Shown: piece by piece, positions 58,425 to 64,000 of the stretch | Numbering within the stretch: the first letter of the stretch is position 1 | Layout: each line of letters starts with the position of its first letter | Assembly: GCA_942492505.1 (NCBI GenBank) | Contig: CALOFD010000042.1 | Coordinates: 42,188 to 106,187, forward strand | Reading direction: 5' to 3' | DNA length: 64,000 nt | From: Thermoanaerobaculia bacterium | GTDB lineage: Bacteria; Acidobacteriota; Thermoanaerobaculia; Multivoradales; Multivoraceae | Program-made: the position numbers and the translations under genes | The notes under the pieces: generated by a model | Told to the model about the DNA's origin: nothing | Databases searched by the model: none | The model's input: only the letters and a program-made list of their open reading frames with translations

Positions 58425-59485
58425 TCAGTCCCCCAACCGCCTGCAGGCCAGGCCTACTGATACAGCCAACATCGGAGAGACGCTGGCCAACCATTCGGGG
58501 TCGTAGTCGCCTTCCTTGTAGTCGATCCGGCGCAGCGGGTCCATCAGCTCGATGAACACGCCGAGGTTGTCGCTCAGCACTTCCTGGAGACCCGGTGTCA
58601 GCGAACAGCCGCCGGAAACGACCATTTCGTCAACGGCGCTCTCTGCCCGAAGTGGCAGAGAAGAAATCGAAGGTCTTCTGGATCTCGCCTGCCATCTCGA
58701 CACCCGACCCGGTTCAGCACCGGCTGGGCGTCAGAGGAGTTGTGCCCGTCGACCTCGTTGCCGCGCTTCAAAGCCTCGGCCTGGTCGAAGGAGAGGTTGA
58801 ACTCGCGCTGGAGGGCTTCGGTGAACTGATTGCCGCCGAACGAGATGTCGCGCCAGAACACCGTGTTGCCATGAGCCAGGATGTTCAGCGTCGTCACGCC
58901 GGCGCCCATGTTGACGAGAGCCGTCACCCTCGACGCGTCGACGTCGTAGTTGATCTCGTAGGCGTTCTGGATCGCGAATGCATCCACATCGACCAACGCC
59001 GGCTCGCGACCGGCCTGACTGATCACCGAGATGTAGTCGTTGACCTTTTCCCGCTTCACGGCCACCAGCAGGACTTCCATCTGATCGGCCATCAGGGCGT
59101 CATCACCCAACAGCACGTAGTCCATCCGAACGTCGTTGATGTCGAACGGAATGTACTGCTCCGCTTCCCACTGGATCGACTCGGCCAGTTCCTCGGGCTC
59201 CATCGCCGGCAGCTCGATCTTCTTGATGATCACCGAGTGACCCGACAGCGAGGTGGCGAAATTGGGATTGCGGATGCGGTGATCCGTCGCCAGCTTCTGG
59301 ATCGCATCGACCACCAGCGAGGAGTCCATGATGGAACCGTCGACGATCGCCTCGGGAGACAGCGGCTCGAGCCCCAGCGTGCGAAGTGAGAACTTCCCCT
59401 TGCGCTCGCTCAACTCGACCATCTTGACGGCGAAGCTGCCGACATCGAGACCGACCACACCTTTGCTGGAGGAGAACATACCCAT
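58425..59485 (-). CDS. pilM: Type IV pilus assembly ATPase-like protein PilM (actin-like), with an apparent frameshift near 58650-58700
   Basis: ORF 58598..59485 gives MGMFSSSKGVVGLDVGSFAVKMVEL.. (actin/FtsA fold) and then drifts to junk. The listed ORF 58425..58703 supplies the C-terminus ..EMVVSGGCSLTPGLQEVLSDNLGVFIELMDP.. Confidence 0.7.
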
Positions 59486-59689
59486 GGTTGAAAATCACCA
59501 ATAGATCAATGAACGCCAACAGTTAGGTGGCGTTTGCTAAAGCTTTTTCTCAGCGTAGCAACAGGGAACATACGTGTCAATAGACAAAAGCGAATAAGTC
59601 AATATATCAACTTCCTCTCAAGTTGGGAAGAACTTTGAGAAAAAGTCATTCCGGCCTGCAAGGCTCGGTCCGGAAGACCCGGTCGGGAG

Positions 59690-59830
59690 GGCCTCGGCGG
59701 CCCCGTCTGGGCGACCCCGCCTGGGCGACCCCGCCTTGGCGGCCCCGTCTGGGCGACCCCGCCTCGGCGGCCCCGCCTGGGCGACCCCGCCTCGGCGGCC
59801 CCGCCTGGGCGGCCCCGTCGTCACGGACTC
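59690..59830. repeat. Tandem array of a 12-13 bp GC-rich unit (GGCGRCCCCGYCT, about 10 copies) between the relA stop and the pilM promoter region
   Basis: The string cggcggccccgtctgggcgaccccgcctgggcgaccccgccttggcggccccgtctgggcgacccc... is visible directly. The listed minus ORF 59618..59824 across it is low-complexity and not credible. Confidence 0.7.
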
Positions 59831-59837
59831 CCTCCGA

Positions 59838-62102
59838 CTAGTTCAGACGCGAGACGCCGCCCGGAACGCTCTGCGAAGGCAGATCTCCGCGAGTGCCCCG
59901 TCGACGGCTGACGTCGTGGATTCCGGCGAGTCCCTGCAAGGCCTCGCAGAGAGCGTCGAGTTGGCGCTGGTTCTCGATCTCCACCACCACTTCGATCGTC
60001 GCCCGGCCGCCCTCGGCGCGACGCGCCTGGATGTCGCGAATGCTGCTCTGACGTTTGGCGATCGTTTCGGTCACGGTCGCCAGCAGACCCTGGCGATCAT
60101 CGGCATGCATCAGGAGCCGTACCGGGAACAGGCGGGCCTCGTCGGTCGCCCACTCCACTTCGATCTCACGCTCCGGGTGGTAGAGCAGATTGCGGACGTT
60201 GGTGCAGTCCTCCGAATGCACCGATACGCCGCGCCCCCGCGTGACGAATCCGACGATCGGCTCTCCGGGAACGGGATTGCAGCAGCGCGCGATCGTCGCC
60301 ATCAGATCGCCCTCGCCCCGCACCCGCACCGCAGAACTCGCGTCGAAAGGCAGGATCCTCTGAACCGCGCTGCGAAAACGACCGGGCGCCGGCTTCGCCG
60401 CCGCCTCCTGCAACTCTTCCGGACCGGCCAGCTTCTCGAGCACCTGACGCGCCGAAGTTCGACCGAATCCGATCCGCGAGAACAGATCCTCGGCACGTGA
60501 AAGCCCCTCGCCGCTGAGGTAGGACTTCAGGCCGGCGCCATCGAGCAGCCGGCGCAGGGAGATCCTGTACTTGCGGGCCTCCTGCTCCAACAGCCGGCGT
60601 CCGATCTCCTCCGCCTCCCGCTTCTGCTGGGTATTGAGCCAGTGGCGGATCTTCGACCGCGCCCGTGAGGTCGTGACCATACCCAGCCAATCGCGGCTCG
60701 GGTTGCGGTTGGGATTGGTCTGGATCTCGACGAGGTCGCCGTTCTGCAACTCCGTGCGCAACGGCACCAGCTTGCCGTTGACCAGCGCTCCGCTGCAGTG
60801 ATGACCCAGGTCGGTGTGGACGCGATAGGCCAGATCGAGCGGCGTCGCTCCCTTGGGCAACGACTGGACGTCCCCTTTCGGGGTGAAGACATAGACCTCG
60901 TCGGAGTAGAGCTCGATCTTGAGGTCCGACAGAAAGGTCCTCGGCTCCTTGCTGTTGCGTTGCCATTGCAGGAGGCGGCGCAACCACAGGATGTTCGAAT
61001 CGCTCGCCGTCGCCTGGACCTTGCCCTCCTTGTAGGCCCAGTGTGCGGCGATGCCCTCTTCGGCGACCCGATCCATCTCCTTCGTCCTGATCTGGACCTC
61101 GAAGGGCTGATCGTCGCGATTCACCACCGAGGTATGCAGAGACTGGTAGAGGTTCGGCTTGGGAACGGCGATGTAGTCCTTGAACCGGCCGGGCAGCGGC
61201 TTCCAGGTCTGGTGGACCACGCCCAGCGCTGCGTACGAGTCCTTGACGCTCTCGGTGACGATCCTGAAGGCGAGGTAGTCGTAGACCCTCGCCAGATCGA
61301 GGCCGCGCTCCTTCAGCTTGCGGTGGATCGAATAGAGGTGCTTCTGTCGGAAGCTGATCTCGGCTTCGATGCCGGCCGCGTTCAGCTCCTTCTCCAGTCG
61401 CGCACGAATTCGCTGCGTCGCCCCTCGGCGGATCTTGGTCCGCTCCTTGAGGCGACGCTCGAGGTCCGCATACTGGTGGGGATGCAGGTGGAAGAAGGCC
61501 AGGTCTTCGAGTTCCCCGCGCACCTTCGACATTCCGAGCCGATGCGCCAGCGGGGCATAGATCTCGAGCGTCTCGCGAGCGATTCGCTGGCGGCCGTCGG
61601 CGCTCATGTGCTCGAGGGTCTGCATGTTGTGCAGCCGATCGGCCAGTTTCACCAGGATCACGCGAATGTCGCGAGCCGAAGCCAGCACCAGCTTCCTGAA
61701 CGTCTCGGCCTGCGCCTGGTCGCGTCGCACATACTCGTGCCTGCCGATCTTCGAGACTCCCTCGACGAGTTCCGCGATCTCCTGCCCGAAACGGGACTTC
61801 AACTCCTCGAAGGTGGCGGGGGTGTCTTCGAGTACGTCGTGCAGAAGAGCCACGGCTACGCAGGTGGGATCGAATCCGAGATCCGCGAGCAGCCAGGCGA
61901 CCTGAAGCGGGTGCGTGAAATAGGCCTCACCCGAACGTCGCTTCTGACCTTCGTGTTGATGCTTGGCGTACTTGGCGACCTCGACCAGCCACTCGCGGTC
62001 GAACGGGCGTCCGTTCTCGTCGAGGCGGCGAAAGACATCTTCCAGGCGCTTCGCGCCGAGCGCTGACGATGGGGGGTTGATCCTGGGTGCGGAGCGGGCC
62101 AT
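59838..62102 (-). CDS. relA: Bifunctional (p)ppGpp synthetase/hydrolase RelA/SpoT
   Basis: 754 aa with an HD hydrolase domain (HPLQVA..LHDVLEDT), a synthetase domain (..DYIAVPKPNLYQSLHTSV..), TGS and ACT domains. Confidence 0.9.
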   Translation of the reverse strand: MARSAPRINPPSSALGAKRLEDVFRRLDENGRPFDREWLVEVAKYAKHQHEGQKRRSGEAYFTHPLQVAWLLADLGFDPTCVAVALLHDVLEDTPATFEELKSRFGQEIAELVEGVSKIGRHEYVRRDQAQAETFRKLVLASARDIRVILVKLADRLHNMQTLEHMSADGRQRIARETLEIYAPLAHRLGMSKVRGELEDLAFFHLHPHQYADLERRLKERTKIRRGATQRIRARLEKELNAAGIEAEISFRQKHLYSIHRKLKERGLDLARVYDYLAFRIVTESVKDSYAALGVVHQTWKPLPGRFKDYIAVPKPNLYQSLHTSVVNRDDQPFEVQIRTKEMDRVAEEGIAAHWAYKEGKVQATASDSNILWLRRLLQWQRNSKEPRTFLSDLKIELYSDEVYVFTPKGDVQSLPKGATPLDLAYRVHTDLGHHCSGALVNGKLVPLRTELQNGDLVEIQTNPNRNPSRDWLGMVTTSRARSKIRHWLNTQQKREAEEIGRRLLEQEARKYRISLRRLLDGAGLKSYLSGEGLSRAEDLFSRIGFGRTSARQVLEKLAGPEELQEAAAKPAPGRFRSAVQRILPFDASSAVRVRGEGDLMATIARCCNPVPGEPIVGFVTRGRGVSVHSEDCTNVRNLLYHPEREIEVEWATDEARLFPVRLLMHADDRQGLLATVTETIAKRQSSIRDIQARRAEGGRATIEVVVEIENQRQLDALCEALQGLAGIHDVSRRRGTRGDLPSQSVPGGVSRLN

Positions 62103-62302
62103 GGTTCACCTTCTCGTTGCGCGGCGCCGGACCTACGACCGCTGGAGCCTCGAAGCCACCGCAGCGGGAGCGGCCCCGGTTCGACGGGCCGCCGACCGAG
62201 CGGCGCGATCCGCAGAACGAGTAGGCAGTATAGACCTTCGCCCCCTGCAAGCAGCGGGACTTCGAACGCCGCGTGACGGCGAAGCGAACCGACGGCCGGG
62301 GT

Positions 62303-63451
62303 TCAGCCGTTTCGATGGGTGAACTTCTCCCACGCCAGCATCACCGGCGAGGCGATGAAGACCGAGGAGTAGGTACCCACGACGATGCCGATCAGCAGCA
62401 CGAAGGAGAAGCCGCGGATCACGTCGCCGCCGAAGAGAAAGAGCGTGCCGATCACCAGGATCGTCGTACCGGAGGTCAGGACCGTGCGCGACAGCGTCTG
62501 GTTGAGACTCTCGTTGAGCACATCGACGAGCGGTTGACGCCGACTGCGGCGCAGGTTCTCGCGAACGCGGTCGAAGATGACGACCGAGTCGTTCACCGAG
62601 TAGCCGACCACGGTCAGGAAGGCGGCGATGGTGGTCAGGTTGAACTCGTAGCCGAAGAACGTGAACAGACCCAGGGCGATGACGACGTCGTGCATCAGGG
62701 CCACCAGGGCGCCGACTCCGAAACGGAACTCGAAACGCCACCAGATATAGAAGAGCATGCCGGCCAAAGAGAGAATGACGGCCCAGGTTCCCTTCTGCCT
62801 CAACTCCGAACCGATCTGCGGGCCGACGTTCTCGGCCGACAACACCGCGAACGCTCCCAGGGAGGCCTCCGCCTCGAGCGCCGCCAAGACTTCCGGACTG
62901 ACGCCGTCGACGCCTCGGAGTTCGTCCCAGCTCGAGAAGATCCCGAGATCGCGGCGGACCAGGAAGATCGCGTCGGCAACCTCGTTGTAGTAATCCGCGG
63001 CGTCCACTTGGCCGTCGGCGCCGACGCCGTCCGGGTCGCGCGACAAGAGGAACCCGGCCGTCGCGGCCCGACCCTGCTCGTTGAGATCGACCACGCCTGC
63101 GGCCGAGTCGTAGCGTCGCTGCAGAGCCTCCACCACCAGGCGGCGGCTGCCCTCTTCCTCGCCCTCGATCAGACGCGTCTTGATGATGACCTCGTTGTCC
63201 TCCGTGTCACCGAAACGCTGGATCATCGGCGCCTCCTCGAAGATCCCATCGAGCAGGTCGCGCAATTCGTCGATCTCGTGCGGCTCCTGGAAGCGAACGA
63301 TCAGCTGCGTGCCGCCCGCGAAGTCGATGCCCAGATTGATCGAGCCCGTGAACAGGAGGACCAGGCAGAAGATCGAGACGACGATCGAGAGCGACACGAA
63401 GACCTTGCGGTACTTCATGAAGTCGATGTGGGTGTTGGCAAGCAGTTCCAT
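62303..63451 (-). CDS. secF: Protein translocase subunit SecF
   Basis: 382 aa with the SecF TM architecture and conserved ..GVGALVALMHDVVIALGLF.. and ..VVGYSVNDSVVIFDRVREN... Carries a roughly 70-aa periplasmic insertion. Confidence 0.85.
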   Translation of the reverse strand: MELLANTHIDFMKYRKVFVSLSIVVSIFCLVLLFTGSINLGIDFAGGTQLIVRFQEPHEIDELRDLLDGIFEEAPMIQRFGDTEDNEVIIKTRLIEGEEEGSRRLVVEALQRRYDSAAGVVDLNEQGRAATAGFLLSRDPDGVGADGQVDAADYYNEVADAIFLVRRDLGIFSSWDELRGVDGVSPEVLAALEAEASLGAFAVLSAENVGPQIGSELRQKGTWAVILSLAGMLFYIWWRFEFRFGVGALVALMHDVVIALGLFTFFGYEFNLTTIAAFLTVVGYSVNDSVVIFDRVRENLRRSRRQPLVDVLNESLNQTLSRTVLTSGTTILVIGTLFLFGGDVIRGFSFVLLIGIVVGTYSSVFIASPVMLAWEKFTHRNG

Positions 63452-63466
63452 GGCCGCGCACGAACC

Positions 63467-64000
63467 TCAGATGGAGAGTTGCTCGACGCGCGACTTGCGC
63501 GACAGCAGGAGATCGAAGATCCATCGACTGGTGAAGACGGCGGTGAACACCGAAGCCAGGATGCCGACAGAGAGGGTGACCGCGAATCCCCGGATTGGGC
63601 CGGTTCCGAACTGGAACAGGAAGACCGCCGCGATCAGTGTGGTGACGTTGGCGTCGAGGATCGAGCTGAGGGCCTTGGCGAATCCGGAGGCCACCGCCGA
63701 CTTGACGGTCCGTCCCGCTCGCAGCTCTTCCTTGATGCGCTCGAAAATCAGCACGTTGGCGTCGACCGCCATGCCGATCGTCAAGATGATGCCGGCGATG
63801 CCGGGAACCGTGAGCGTGGCGCCGAAGTAGGCGAGTGCGCCGAAGACGATGATGATGTTCAGAGTCAGGGCGGCGACGGCGTTGAGGCCGCTGCGTCGAA
63901 ACACGATCAGCATGGTCAGCACGACGAGCACGCCGCCCGCCAGGCCCGCGCGGATACCGCGATCGATCGAGTCCTGACCCAGAGCGGGACCGACGGCGCG
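63467..64000 (-). CDS. secD: Protein translocase subunit SecD (C-terminal part; gene continues past the window end)
   Basis: ..TLSVGILASVFTAVFTSRWIFDLL.. and the ..GMAVDANVLIFERIKEE.. SecD TM5-6 motifs. Immediately upstream of secF. Confidence 0.8.
   Translation of the reverse strand, partial: RAVGPALGQDSIDRGIRAGLAGGVLVVLTMLIVFRRSGLNAVAALTLNIIIVFGALAYFGATLTVPGIAGIILTIGMAVDANVLIFERIKEELRAGRTVKSAVASGFAKALSSILDANVTTLIAAVFLFQFGTGPIRGFAVTLSVGILASVFTAVFTSRWIFDLLLSRKSRVEQLSI

Noticed and set aside
59618-59841. Tandem 12-13-bp repeat considered as a CRISPR array
   Set aside because: The units are contiguous with no spacers, and the repeat length is far below CRISPR repeats. No cas genes nearby.
60166-62066. 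Minus alt-frame 273-aa ORF and plus-strand 422-aa ORF inside relA
   Set aside because: They are shadows. The relA frame has HD, synthetase, TGS and ACT signatures.

Overview
This is a high-GC (~68-70%) window from a diderm bacterium. The lineage is not identifiable from the sequence alone; RNase Y, ZapA, System I cytochrome c maturation, a type IV pilus secretin and many lipoproteins point to a Gram-negative. Almost the whole window is coding, and most of it is housekeeping. In order along the window:
- Minus strand: sat/cysC fusion (partial), nadK, tlyA, ispA, an O-antigen-ligase-like gene, trm112-like, ymdB, rny, a candidate 6S RNA, zapA, zapB-like.
- Plus strand: pheS and pheT, with a Phe-rich leader ORF upstream.
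- Minus strand: rplT, rpmI and thrS (no infC between thrS and rpmI), and two tRNA-Val genes.
- An accessory block: an outer-membrane protein, a subtilisin with a repeat-filled N-terminus, a lower-GC secreted hypothetical protein, and a CadC/BTAD-like regulator.
- ilvA, an NCS2 permease with an odd C-terminal domain, a crotonyl-CoA carboxylase/reductase fused to an enoyl-CoA hydratase, corC/tlyC and proS.
- A TPR/zinc-ribbon protein, an ECF sigma / anti-sigma / DUF4097-like module, and a HEAT-cyclophilin lipoprotein.
- A complete ccmABCDEFGHI operon.
- One long minus-strand string: a phosphoesterase, aroK, accC, accB, a Roadblock/LC7 gene, a TPR gene, three Ig-like lipoproteins, pilQ-P-O-N-M, relA/spoT, secF and secD (partial).

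Features not explained by the coding genes:
- Two MITE-like copies of a modular palindromic repeat family.
- 81-bp and 12-13-bp tandem repeat arrays.
- A rod-like structured RNA candidate downstream of zapA.

At least eight apparent frameshifts interrupt genes (the CadC-like regulator, the TPR/zinc-ribbon protein, accC, a Big/PKD lipoprotein, pilM, and pilQ at three or more places). Because accC is essential and two of the breaks sit on G/C homopolymers, these are most economically read as assembly indel errors, so pseudogene calls here are tentative.

No canonical defence or mobile-element system is present. The most system-like novelty candidates are the three Ig-like lipoproteins plus the TPR/Roadblock pair sitting between pilQ and accBC, the reductase-hydratase fusion, and the NCS2-GHKL-like fusion.
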